Translations under genes and position numbers: made by a program
Assembly: GCA_016933575.1 (NCBI GenBank)
Contig: JAFGAR010000175.1
Location: forward strand, 27,520 to 91,519
Reading direction: 5' to 3'
Length of the DNA stretch: 64,000 nucleotides
Origin: Candidatus Thorarchaeota archaeon
Lineage (GTDB): Archaea; Asgardarchaeota; Thorarchaeia; Thorarchaeales; Thorarchaeaceae
Notes under the pieces: model-generated
Told to the model about the DNA's origin: nothing
The model's input: the letters and a program-made list of their open reading frames with translations, nothing else
Database searches by the model: none
Shown here: piece by piece, positions 36,806 through 46,413 of the stretch
Layout of the letters: each line of letters starts with the position of its first letter
Position numbering within the stretch: position 1 is the stretch's first letter

Positions 36806-38350
36806 TTGACCGAGCTGCCAAGTGCTTTTAGAAAAGCAGAATGGGAAAAACTCATAGCATTAGTTTTAGAGATAAATGGTATTTTAATGACTGATTCAAA
36901 TGGGATTATTCTTTGGGTTAATGATGCCTTTACTCATATAACTGGTTACTCTCCCGAAGAAGCAATTGGAAAAAAAACCAATCTTCTGAAATCCGGATAT
37001 CATGATTCAAATTTTTACAGGATTCTTTGGGACACGATAACCTCAGGCGAAGTATGGTCTGGGGTAATAACAAATAGAAGAAAAGATGGAAGCTACTACA
37101 GGGAATTGATGTCAATAGCTCCATTGAAAATAGAAGATGGAAGTATTGCTCGTTACATTGCTATGAAAAAAGATGTAAGAGACTTTCATAATTTGAGTGA
37201 TGCTGAAAGACAACCCAGCGCAGTGATCGATAGGGTTGTGCCATTGATGACCGAGCTTAATGATGTCACTACTGCACTAGAACAAGCCAAAAGTGAAACG
37301 AATGCCATGCTCAACGCAACAAGTGAGGCAATAATGCTTCTCTCAATTGATGATAGGATGTTGTGGCTTAACAAGGCCTTTGGGAGATTCTTCTCATTAA
37401 TTACACAAGATGTAATTGATGATTTCTTTCACAACTTGAAATCCCATTGGGATAGAGTCTTCGAGGATTCATCGAAAATAATGCACATTGTTAATAGTGC
37501 AAAGGAAAATCAGGTTTCTGAGTATCGAGAAGCAGTTTCCCAAATTTGGCCACAGAAACGAGAGCTAGAAGTATACTCAGCACCTGTAAAAGATGCTAGC
37601 GGAAAATATTTGGGACAGCTCTTCGTGTTCCGTGATGTAACACGTGAGCGAGCGATAGAACGAATGAAATCGGAATTTGTATCTTTGGTATCTCACGAGT
37701 TCCGAACACCCTTAACGTCTATTTGTGGTTATACGGAAATGTTGTTAGAAGGAGATGCTGGAGAGCTCACTGATGAACAAACAGATTTTCTGAAAACTAT
37801 TCAAAGAAACGCAAACAATCTTGCTGATATTATAAACAGTCTTCTGGTTGTTTCTCGACTTGAGGCAGGCGCAATAAAACTAAACTTGGGTGAAATTGAG
37901 ATACATGATATTGTGGATAACACAATTGAATTATTACGACCTCATATTGTTGCCAAAAATTTGAAACTAAAGGTAAATGTTAATCCAGATTTACCAGTAG
38001 TGGAAGGTGATAGTCAATGGATTAATCAAGTCATCCTTAATCTTCTGTCAAACGCTTACAAATACACTCCCTCTGGTGGGACAATAACAATTTCAGCAAA
38101 AGCAAAAGATGATTTTCTCTATATCAAAATCACGGATTCAGGAATAGGAATGTCAACAGATGAACAAAAGAAATTATTTACGAAGTTCTTTCGAGCTGAA
38201 AATCCTGAAACCATTAAAGCAGGTGGGACAGGTTTGGGACTTTGGATCTCTCGTTCATTGGTTGAAATGCATGGGGGAGAGATTTTCGTAATCAGTAAAC
38301 CCAAAAAGGGTTCCATTCTCACGATTAAATTGCCAATCAAAAACAAATAA
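36806..38350 (+). CDS. Soluble PAS-PAS sensor histidine kinase
   Basis: PAS (WVNDAFTHITGYS..EAIG...RRKDG), H-box SHEFRTPL, N-box NLLSNAYKYT, DSGIG, GGTGLGL. Confidence 0.95.
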   Translation: MTELPSAFRKAEWEKLIALVLEINGILMTDSNGIILWVNDAFTHITGYSPEEAIGKKTNLLKSGYHDSNFYRILWDTITSGEVWSGVITNRRKDGSYYRELMSIAPLKIEDGSIARYIAMKKDVRDFHNLSDAERQPSAVIDRVVPLMTELNDVTTALEQAKSETNAMLNATSEAIMLLSIDDRMLWLNKAFGRFFSLITQDVIDDFFHNLKSHWDRVFEDSSKIMHIVNSAKENQVSEYREAVSQIWPQKRELEVYSAPVKDASGKYLGQLFVFRDVTRERAIERMKSEFVSLVSHEFRTPLTSICGYTEMLLEGDAGELTDEQTDFLKTIQRNANNLADIINSLLVVSRLEAGAIKLNLGEIEIHDIVDNTIELLRPHIVAKNLKLKVNVNPDLPVVEGDSQWINQVILNLLSNAYKYTPSGGTITISAKAKDDFLYIKITDSGIGMSTDEQKKLFTKFFRAENPETIKAGGTGLGLWISRSLVEMHGGEIFVISKPKKGSILTIKLPIKNK

Positions 38351-38633
38351 TCTTGATATCGTTATTCAGATGTGAGCGATATTCGAACCTATAATATGTT
38401 CATCTACAATTTTGAATTCACATGTCACATCAATCTGTGTTGGCTTAATGAGGTTCATCAATATCGTCACAAAGTGGTATCAATTGAATGTTATTGATCG
38501 TGAACAAGTTATCTGAGAAACTAGACCTATGTTCAGTAAAATTCGAAAATTCAAGATTCGAATGACTTCACATGCACGAACATGAATTTGACAAGTGAAT
38601 CTTGTGAACAATAAAGATCGCATTGAAGAGTAT

Positions 38634-39116
38634 CTATGAGTTCTCACCAAAGAACATCAAATAATCTGTTCCAGGAACATCATAACCAAGATTGCTAAGG
38701 ACCATTGCTAATTGTCCCCGGTGATGGGTTGTATGAAGCAAGTAATGGAGATAGAAATCAAAGACATCTATCTCAAAGGGTTCTTCGTTGATGTGCGTCA
38801 CAGAGAGTTTTCCCTGAGGGATCTCTTCGATAACTTGACTTAGCAGATTATCGAGCACTTCCCATCGTTTCAATAATTCTTGTCTTGGAAATCTCTTCAC
38901 TCTATCAAAGACAGATGCATCTTTCTCACCATCAATATAAAAGAAACAGGTCTCCAATGCCAGTACAATATGCTGGACCAACTCCTTAGGACTCTTTCCT
39001 GCAACCTGTTTTACAAAGGTATCTACATCGAGCTCCTTGAGAAGCTCTCTCATCTTCCAACCAGCCCAAATATGATAGTCAGCTAAGTACTTGAAGACCA
39101 ATTGAATCTCCCTCAA
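38634..39116 (-). CDS. DinB/YfiT family protein
   Basis: Y..WA, QHIV, H..HHRGQL..VL..LG motifs. Confidence 0.85.
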   Translation of the reverse strand: MREIQLVFKYLADYHIWAGWKMRELLKELDVDTFVKQVAGKSPKELVQHIVLALETCFFYIDGEKDASVFDRVKRFPRQELLKRWEVLDNLLSQVIEEIPQGKLSVTHINEEPFEIDVFDFYLHYLLHTTHHRGQLAMVLSNLGYDVPGTDYLMFFGENS

Positions 39117-39181
39117 GAATTCTTAGGATTCCTACCGTATTAGTTTACCGAGAGAGTTCAAACGTCTTTTCAGCTGACACA

Positions 39182-39313
39182 ATTGACCCGCTTAGCCATC
39201 TCAGAAGCTCGGACAACTCAGGTACTCTACTCATCATAATTATAGTTGGAGGAGCTGGAGTCGCTGTGATAGGGATTCTCATTGTAATTAGAAAGATGAG
39301 AGGATACAAATAG
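39182..39313 (+). pseudogene. Remnant C-terminal membrane anchor of a surface protein
   Basis: Frame ...IDPLSHLRSSDNSGTLLIIIIVGGAGVAVIGILIVIRKMRGYK* with no upstream start. Confidence 0.5.
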
Positions 39314-39327
39314 AACATGATAGGAAT

Positions 39328-39358
39328 TGCTTCTTACGGTGAAATCTCGTAAGAAGCA
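39328..39358. terminator. Hairpin, possibly bidirectional terminator
   Basis: TGCTTCTTACG-N9-CGTAAGAAGCA 11-bp inverted repeat with T-run on + strand; downstream of pfkA on - strand. Confidence 0.55.
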
Positions 39359-39386
39359 GAATTCTTTTTTCTAGAATATGATTGAT

Positions 39387-40352
39387 TCAGCTTGAAAGTT
39401 CACTTAACAAACCGAGTAACCATTGGTCAAGAGGCTTTTTCTTTGTCCAGGTCTCCTCGAAGGGAGTCATCACAAGTTCTCCATTGACTTCACCCACGAG
39501 GCCACCACTCTGACCGCTGAGTAGGCACTCAATTGAAAAGGCTCCAAGCTTCGTGGCAAGTAGACGATCGAAGTGAGTAGGATTCCCTCCTCTCTGTATG
39601 TAACCAAGAACTGATACCCTGCATTTTTCACCAATTCTCACGGATAGTGCCTTACCTATAGTATCAGCATTTCCTAATTCATCACCTTCAGCAACCACAA
39701 CCAAAACACTGGATTTCGCGCGTTCTTTGGCTTTCATGACTGTCTGAGCAAGCTCCTCAATCGTCGTTCTTGTTTCAGGCATTAGGATTGCAGATGCGCC
39801 TGTTGCAACACCAACATGAAATGCGATAAATCCCGCATGTCGACCCATTACTTCGACGAGAAAAGTACGTGAGAATGCTTCAGCAGTATCTCGTATCTTA
39901 TCAAGTGCCTCCAGTGCATTATTTACTGCAGTATCAAAACCAATGGTGTAATCGGTACCATAGAGGTCATTATCAATTGTACCGGGAAGTCCTATCAATT
40001 TACCATTCCAGTGTTGACTGAGTGCGGCCAATCCTCTCATGGTACCGTCTCCACCTATTGCGATCAAAGCATCAAAACCACGATCTGTTAGAATCTTTGC
40101 AGCCTTCTTCTGTCCTGTCTCGGTCTTGAATTCCTCGGATCTACCTGTAGTCAGGAATGTGCCACCTCTATGTAGAATTCTCGATACTGATCGAGAGTTC
40201 AATTCATGTATTTGTTGGTCGAGGATTCCTTGGAATCCACCAAATACTCCATAGACCTCGCAATTTCGGTGAATTCCAACACGAGTTATCGCACGAATAG
40301 CGGCATTCATTGCTGGTGCATCGCCACCACTCGTAAGAACTGCAATTTTCAT
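39387..40352 (-). CDS. pfkA: ATP-dependent 6-phosphofructokinase
   Basis: TSGGDAPAMN, GGDGT, PGTIDND, TIGFDTA, EVMGRHAG, LGYIQRGG. Confidence 0.95.
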   Translation of the reverse strand: MKIAVLTSGGDAPAMNAAIRAITRVGIHRNCEVYGVFGGFQGILDQQIHELNSRSVSRILHRGGTFLTTGRSEEFKTETGQKKAAKILTDRGFDALIAIGGDGTMRGLAALSQHWNGKLIGLPGTIDNDLYGTDYTIGFDTAVNNALEALDKIRDTAEAFSRTFLVEVMGRHAGFIAFHVGVATGASAILMPETRTTIEELAQTVMKAKERAKSSVLVVVAEGDELGNADTIGKALSVRIGEKCRVSVLGYIQRGGNPTHFDRLLATKLGAFSIECLLSGQSGGLVGEVNGELVMTPFEETWTKKKPLDQWLLGLLSELSS

Positions 40353-40421
40353 GAGAACTACAAAACACCTTCAGATAAATAAGTACAACCTATGCAAGAT
40401 ATATGAGCGGAGATACCGAGG

Positions 40422-41057
40422 ATGGGACCAAAGAGAACTCATGGAAAAAGTCCTGATGAACACAGTAGAATTGTCAGAGATGGTTACGATAAGATTGCAC
40501 ATCAATATATGCAGGAGAGAGAGCAATACTGCAATGACAAAGAGATTCAGGAGTTTATCAACCGATTACATGAAAAAGCAAGAGTATTGGACATTGGTTG
40601 TGGAGGCGGAGTTCCTGTTCTTAAGATGATGCTTGAAAATGGATTCATTGCAACAGGTATTGACTTCTCAAAAACGATGTTAGAAATTGCTAAGAAGAAT
40701 GTTCCTGATGCACATTTGATTCATGGAGATGTTACGAAGGCAGATTTCGAATCGAATTTTTTTGATGGCATTATCTCTACCTATGCCATCATTCACATTC
40801 ACAAGAGTCTGCATCCTGTAATATACGCACAAATCTACAAATGGTTAAAACCAGGTGGAGTGATGCTTATGGGAACATCGTGGTCAGATTGGGAAGAGAT
40901 TGCGGAATATATGGGAGTTGACATGGCTTGGAGTCATCCAGCTCCTGATACTAGTCTTCAAATGGTTAAGAACGCAGGATTTGAAGTCATCTTTGACCGT
41001 CTTGTTCCAACAGGAAATAATGAAACCGTTTATTGGATTTTAGCGAGAAAGAATTAG
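40422..41057 (+). CDS. Class I SAM-dependent methyltransferase
   Basis: VLDIGCGGG, GIDFS, WLKPGG. Confidence 0.9.
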   Translation: MGPKRTHGKSPDEHSRIVRDGYDKIAHQYMQEREQYCNDKEIQEFINRLHEKARVLDIGCGGGVPVLKMMLENGFIATGIDFSKTMLEIAKKNVPDAHLIHGDVTKADFESNFFDGIISTYAIIHIHKSLHPVIYAQIYKWLKPGGVMLMGTSWSDWEEIAEYMGVDMAWSHPAPDTSLQMVKNAGFEVIFDRLVPTGNNETVYWILARKN

Positions 41058-42019
41058 ACCAGGTTCTTCTTTCTGAGAATAAATAGAAGTGGGAGTGTTA
41101 TCGAGAAACTTGTTAACATCACAATGGGAAAGGCAAACGGATCTGATTGGAATGGAAGACCTACATTCATACCATAAATACTGGCAATCAAAGTAGGCAC
41201 ACTTACAAGTAATGAAATAGATGTGAGTGTCTTAATGACCTTATTCAAGTTGTGACTCACTATACTATCGTAGGAATTCATGGCATTCGCAATTAGCTCT
41301 CGATAGATTGCACTTAGTTCCACTTGCTGCTGAAGGTCTACCTCTAGTTCTTCCAAGCGATCAACATCAAGAATCATACGACCAAGAACGTGATGCCGTT
41401 CAAGCCTGCGCAAGACTTTCATGTTGGCTTTTAGTGCAGTTTCAATAAAAATAGCATCTCGGGAGAGTTGGAAAAACCATTCAAGTTGAGAGGGATATAT
41501 ATCACTCATGATTACATCTTCAGTTTCGTTAATGGTCGCTTCAATAAAATCAAGGGTCGTTTCGAAAGAGTGAATGACAATCTCCAACCATCTGTATATG
41601 ATGTCAGAAGCTGTTGTGCTATAATGTACCCTCTGACGAAGTCTGTTCTTTCTCAGAGGCACTGTATCATTCTGGATGACAATAATGTCTTTACCATTAG
41701 TGAAGATACCAATGGGATTGGTGGAATATTCACGTTTCTCTTCTCGAAGATTGACAGGAACTCTTAGCACAATCATTGTATAGGTGTCTTCCATCTGGAG
41801 ACGGGGGCGTTCATCAAGATCCTGAACATCTTGGAGGTCATCCAAATCTATCTCAAAACGTTGCGAAATCTTTGCTAAATCATCCGGGCGTATACCGATA
41901 ATTTCTATGAGTAATGGGACATCTGGTGCTTCATCTAAACTGACGTACTTCAACCCACTCTCCAATGCCATTATGGAGATACTTCCATTCTCTGGATTGT
42001 CCATGCTCATATGATCCAC
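41054..42019 (-). CDS. corA: CorA family Mg2+ transporter
   Basis: ERPR, LN.VIK.LT, YGMN signature and two C-terminal TMs. Confidence 0.92.
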   Translation of the reverse strand: MDHMSMDNPENGSISIMALESGLKYVSLDEAPDVPLLIEIIGIRPDDLAKISQRFEIDLDDLQDVQDLDERPRLQMEDTYTMIVLRVPVNLREEKREYSTNPIGIFTNGKDIIVIQNDTVPLRKNRLRQRVHYSTTASDIIYRWLEIVIHSFETTLDFIEATINETEDVIMSDIYPSQLEWFFQLSRDAIFIETALKANMKVLRRLERHHVLGRMILDVDRLEELEVDLQQQVELSAIYRELIANAMNSYDSIVSHNLNKVIKTLTSISLLVSVPTLIASIYGMNVGLPFQSDPFAFPIVMLTSFSITLPLLFILRKKNLV

Positions 42020-42188
42020 CTCGTGATAGCGGATGACTTTTGTACATCGGTTTTTGCCTGCCTGGAAGTTGGTTCTCGAATGAGAGCCTGATATACAGTC
42101 GGGCTGTAAGAGCCAAAAGGCTATTATTAGAAATGACTGTCGGTCTTATAGGGTTTTGTAATAGCGACAAGTTTTGAGGACAACTAAG

Positions 42189-44123
42189 CTATGATTTGAG
42201 ATATCGCTTGAAAAAGTCAACAATACGATTGTAGACTTCGACTTTATTCTCATACTTGAGAACATCATGACCTTCATCTTCAAACATAAGATATTCCACA
42301 TGTTTGCCAGATGCATTGAGTCTATCAACGATATCTTTGGATTCACTTTCAACCACTCTTGGATCATTCTTTCCTTGGACCACTAAAAGAGGCGCGCTGA
42401 GTTGGTTCATGTATGTACTTGGTGAGCGCTCTTTTAGAAAATCAGCATCTTTCTCTGGATGTCCAATTGAGAGATAAAAGTATGCAGCCCAAGACTCTGG
42501 AAGTCGTTCTACAAATGTGATTAGATTGTAAGGACCGAACATATCACATGCTGCCTGCCATAACTCAGGGTGTCGTGTAGCGAGGATAAGGGTCATGTAT
42601 CCACCATACGACCTTCCCACAACAGCACGACGAGAAGAATCGATTCGGGTGTCTTTCTCTAGGAATTTAAGTCCCTCAACATGGTCTAATCGGTCATTGC
42701 CGCCCCAGTCATGGTCTACATGTTTCATATACTCGAAACCATACCCAGTGCTTCCTCGTACATTCGGTACAAACACAGCAAATCCATTCATTGTTAATAG
42801 TTGAATAAGCGGCATACTAAACCACGTAAAATCTGGGCGTTCCTGACCTTGAGGACCTCCATGCACATACAATACAAGAGGTCGAGGACCTTGATAGTTC
42901 AACTTCGAAGAAGGCAGGTACAACCGTGCAGAAATACGTAATCCATCGAAGGTCTTGTAACTTGCATCTTCTCCAGGAGAGAAGATGTCTTCAGAAATCC
43001 CTAATACTCGCTCGTAGGATAATTGGGTATATTCTGGTTTTTTCTTTGAACTATTCATAAGATAAAGTTGAGATGGTTTAGTGGCACTTGTGAATGAAAT
43101 AACATACTCTGAAGGGAATCTGGAATTATAGTCTTGAATCTGGTCCCATCCAATGCCTAACTCTATACCTCCATCTAAAGGATGTTGACCAACAACTGCT
43201 TGAATTACATTCATTTGCACTTTCTTGATATCGAATTCGACTTCATAGTTCCATGAGCAACCATCGATATTATACCCAATCATGAATCTGTTACCATCAA
43301 TGTGTTCGAATGTATCGAGTTCACCAGCGCCTTTATGCATAAGATTGGCAACTTGTACTTCATGGAAATCCAACGGAGAGTCTAGGTCAATCAAAGCAAA
43401 TCCTCCAAGATCATCGAAGATAGTTGTGTAGAGTAGAATCTTATTTCCAAACCAATGCACAGGAAAAACATTATAGACAACAGTTTCTTCGTTAGAATCA
43501 CGTTCATCCAAAGGAGTACCGATGATTTTCTTCAGACCCTGTTTTCCTTCTTCCCATAAGCGAATCACGAAGTCTCCAGATATGTAGCTCTCAGAAAGGA
43601 ATATCCTTGAGTGATTACCCTCAGGGGTTGGAATAAAACCATGTTCACTTACACCTAATTCAGTCTCTTCCATTGTTTCTAAATTGACGCGGATTGAATA
43701 CTGCAGAGACCTATCTTTCACAGTTCGATCATCCCTTCGAAAATAGGTAATGTTCTTCTTGATGTCAACATGGGCACAGATCACCTGTTGTCCAGCATAT
43801 CTATCGCCAAATATCGATTCGGGAATGCCACCTTCTAAGGGAATAAAGCTTGGTTGGTAGAGCTCGTTTCCGTTCTCGTCAATCATCACGAGAACTTTCC
43901 CTAATTTCGGAAATACAACAAAGAGATGTCCCGCCATGAGATGGGGATTCTGTAAGGCTAGACCAGCAGGTAGTAAACGTTCTGGAAAGCTACCTATCTT
44001 TTTCATCCTATACAGACTCATCATCCCACTCATGTCACTGACGAAATAGATGTAGTCTTCTGCAAGTTGGGGGGAAACAAGTTGTCGTGCTGAAAGTATT
44101 GATTCAACTGGATACGACTTCAT
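42189..44123 (-). CDS. S9 family (prolyl oligopeptidase/acylaminoacyl) peptidase
   Basis: VHGGP, NVRGSTGYG, GRSYGG nucleophile, NDPRV, DEGH. Confidence 0.93.
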   Translation of the reverse strand: MKSYPVESILSARQLVSPQLAEDYIYFVSDMSGMMSLYRMKKIGSFPERLLPAGLALQNPHLMAGHLFVVFPKLGKVLVMIDENGNELYQPSFIPLEGGIPESIFGDRYAGQQVICAHVDIKKNITYFRRDDRTVKDRSLQYSIRVNLETMEETELGVSEHGFIPTPEGNHSRIFLSESYISGDFVIRLWEEGKQGLKKIIGTPLDERDSNEETVVYNVFPVHWFGNKILLYTTIFDDLGGFALIDLDSPLDFHEVQVANLMHKGAGELDTFEHIDGNRFMIGYNIDGCSWNYEVEFDIKKVQMNVIQAVVGQHPLDGGIELGIGWDQIQDYNSRFPSEYVISFTSATKPSQLYLMNSSKKKPEYTQLSYERVLGISEDIFSPGEDASYKTFDGLRISARLYLPSSKLNYQGPRPLVLYVHGGPQGQERPDFTWFSMPLIQLLTMNGFAVFVPNVRGSTGYGFEYMKHVDHDWGGNDRLDHVEGLKFLEKDTRIDSSRRAVVGRSYGGYMTLILATRHPELWQAACDMFGPYNLITFVERLPESWAAYFYLSIGHPEKDADFLKERSPSTYMNQLSAPLLVVQGKNDPRVVESESKDIVDRLNASGKHVEYLMFEDEGHDVLKYENKVEVYNRIVDFFKRYLKS

Positions 44124-44189
44124 GAAAATCGATTTTTGTGATGGAATAATTGCATATGTGTCTGTTGAAACGTACTCATGGAGGGATTT

Positions 44190-45503
44190 CTAAATTACAA
44201 CACTCTCAATCTCAACATTTCTGTCCTTGATGCTTAGCATTTTGGATGAAACCTTCTTGCCTCCAAAGAGCTCAGCCTCAGGTTCTCCCCGATAGAGTGC
44301 ATCAGCAATACGTGCAAGAGCATCTGCTTTCATGATTCCAGAGCCACTAGCTCCGTTGACAACGAGAACTCCGCATTCCATATAGACGAAGGGTATGCTA
44401 TCTGGAGAATAACAGTAGCCTCCAGCCCAACTGTTGACCGGACGCGCTCCTTCAAAGGCGGGAAAGTATTTTGATAGAACAGGGTACATGCTATTCTCAT
44501 AATATGCAGATTCAGGAACCATCATCTCATCTGTTTGGATATACTCGTACGCTCGTCCGAATTTATCCCCACAGCCTATCCAATATCCACGTTCTTGAAG
44601 CTGTGGCCTGAAGTATACACCAGCTGATGGTAGAATCGTGAAGGGGATACAATTAATCTCATTGAATCCTTTTGTATCTAAGAGCTCTACCATTTTTGGA
44701 TTATCTTCAGCATGAAGGACAAATAACTGTCGCTTTTTTGCTTTTGTCATACTATTGATGCCAACAGGATCCAATAATTCATTCGCCCAAGCACCAGTTG
44801 CAAGTACTGTCACATCAGCACGAAATGTGCCCTTATTCGTCACAACACCTTTGATTTTCTTCTGTTGCCAGACATATGGTTCCCCAGGTAGGTCTAATTT
44901 TGGTTCAGCCTCTAGCAACAACTTTTGAACATTTACACCAAATCGAGGTTTGACATGAGTTATTTTCTTGAACTCTTCAAAGTAGTACTCCACCAAGCGA
45001 GTTGGATCCAGAACTCCACAATCTCCTCCATAGAGACCATAGCATACTTCTTGCAGGTTCATTAACTCTGCTTCTTCATCTCCAGCAAAGTTAACATTAA
45101 GGCTGGGTATCAGTTTCTTCAGTTCATCCTTATTATAGACCTTATAGTGAATACCTGATTTCTCCATTCGCTTCATCCATAGTTGGACGCTCTCGTGTTC
45201 GAATTGCTCTTTACTCAAAAGCCATAGATATCCTGTTTTTTCGAAAAGTAGATCATGTCCAAGTTCGTTCTGAATGTACTCAAAACATTTGATTGATGTG
45301 TCAGTAAGAATCTGATTCGTTGAGGATGAAAACATATTTCGAACAGCAGCTGCACTCATCGCAGTGTTGGCTTGTCCAGCTGCCAAGGTTCTCTCAACTA
45401 AGAGAATTTTCTTGTCAGGATTGTTCTGTTGCATATAGTAAGCTGTTGCTACTCCTAAAGCACCAGCACCTACAATAATGACATCAAAGGTTTCTTCGCT
45501 CAT
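44190..45503 (-). CDS. FAD-dependent oxidoreductase (DadA / sarcosine-proline dehydrogenase beta family)
   Basis: IVGAGALG, VLATGAWA, WAGGY..SPD, SGSGIM. Confidence 0.88.
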   Translation of the reverse strand: MSEETFDVIIVGAGALGVATAYYMQQNNPDKKILLVERTLAAGQANTAMSAAAVRNMFSSSTNQILTDTSIKCFEYIQNELGHDLLFEKTGYLWLLSKEQFEHESVQLWMKRMEKSGIHYKVYNKDELKKLIPSLNVNFAGDEEAELMNLQEVCYGLYGGDCGVLDPTRLVEYYFEEFKKITHVKPRFGVNVQKLLLEAEPKLDLPGEPYVWQQKKIKGVVTNKGTFRADVTVLATGAWANELLDPVGINSMTKAKKRQLFVLHAEDNPKMVELLDTKGFNEINCIPFTILPSAGVYFRPQLQERGYWIGCGDKFGRAYEYIQTDEMMVPESAYYENSMYPVLSKYFPAFEGARPVNSWAGGYCYSPDSIPFVYMECGVLVVNGASGSGIMKADALARIADALYRGEPEAELFGGKKVSSKMLSIKDRNVEIESVVI

Positions 45504-45588
45504 TGTAAGGGCCTCTAATGAACGAATCCGCGATGTTCAGACCTGACCTTTAACGTTTACCCTCTGAACCTATTTCCTAGGTAGTTTT

Positions 45589-46410
45589 TCATTTGTTTGG
45601 AGGAGGAACAGTTAGCTGAAGACGTGCATTGAACATCTCTTTCAAGAATAATCTCGAGGCGACCAAGCCTGCAATGATTGATGACAGGAAGATCATTATG
45701 AAGACAATTACCTGAAAGAGAGAAGCGACAACAGGATTTTCGCCGCCAATAATCATGCCACTCATGAGTCCTGGAATCGTCACGATTCCCAACGCAGCGT
45801 ACCTATTCAGGTTAGGCAAGAATCCACTCTCTATTGATTCACGTACGGTTAATTCAGTAGCTTGGATAGGATTCGCTCCCAACGCCAGAGCAGTCTCTAG
45901 AAGACTCCGTTGTTTCTGGGCATTGGACCACATGCGGTCGATAACAAGACTGGACATGTTCATGGAATTACCAATGACCATACCTCCCATTGGAATTACA
46001 TATTCACCAATCGGTTCGACAACTCCAAGAAGAACACTTGCAGCCATAACTGAGAGGGATCCAAGAAAAATACCAGGTAATGATGTCTTGAAGACTCCTG
46101 GTATCTTCTCCAGATTGCCAGCCGTTGTATAAGCTGCGAATACAGCCATGAACGCAAGAACACTAAACATAATCAGTAGTTCACTGAGATTGAAGATATA
46201 CACCAAGATGAGCCCCATTAGGATAATTTGAATGGTTCCACGAGCTGTTCCGATAATCAGGCTCTTTTGAATTCTAATTCTCTGCCATTTGCTAACAATC
46301 AGGAGTACTACTAAGAGTATGATTGCTGCAACGTACCTTCCAAATGCGACCTGAATTTCAGGAGGAATTGAGTCCCATAGTGTTTGTAAGAAACTAAAAT
46401 CAATCTGCAT
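45589..46410 (-). CDS. fetB: ABC transporter permease FetB/YbbM (UPF0014)
   Basis: R..IQ, IPMGGMVIGNSM, LALGA, GIVTIPGLMSGMIIGG. Confidence 0.88.
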   Translation of the reverse strand: MQIDFSFLQTLWDSIPPEIQVAFGRYVAAIILLVVLLIVSKWQRIRIQKSLIIGTARGTIQIILMGLILVYIFNLSELLIMFSVLAFMAVFAAYTTAGNLEKIPGVFKTSLPGIFLGSLSVMAASVLLGVVEPIGEYVIPMGGMVIGNSMNMSSLVIDRMWSNAQKQRSLLETALALGANPIQATELTVRESIESGFLPNLNRYAALGIVTIPGLMSGMIIGGENPVVASLFQVIVFIMIFLSSIIAGLVASRLFLKEMFNARLQLTVPPPNK

Positions 46411-46413
46411 TGT

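Larger units (their letters stand above)
32133..38696. mobile_element. Putative genomic islet bounded by imperfect direct repeats; no integrase inside
   Basis: ~60-bp direct repeats of the dinB 3' end at both ends; internal genes look bacterial-type and visibly AT-richer. Confidence 0.55.
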
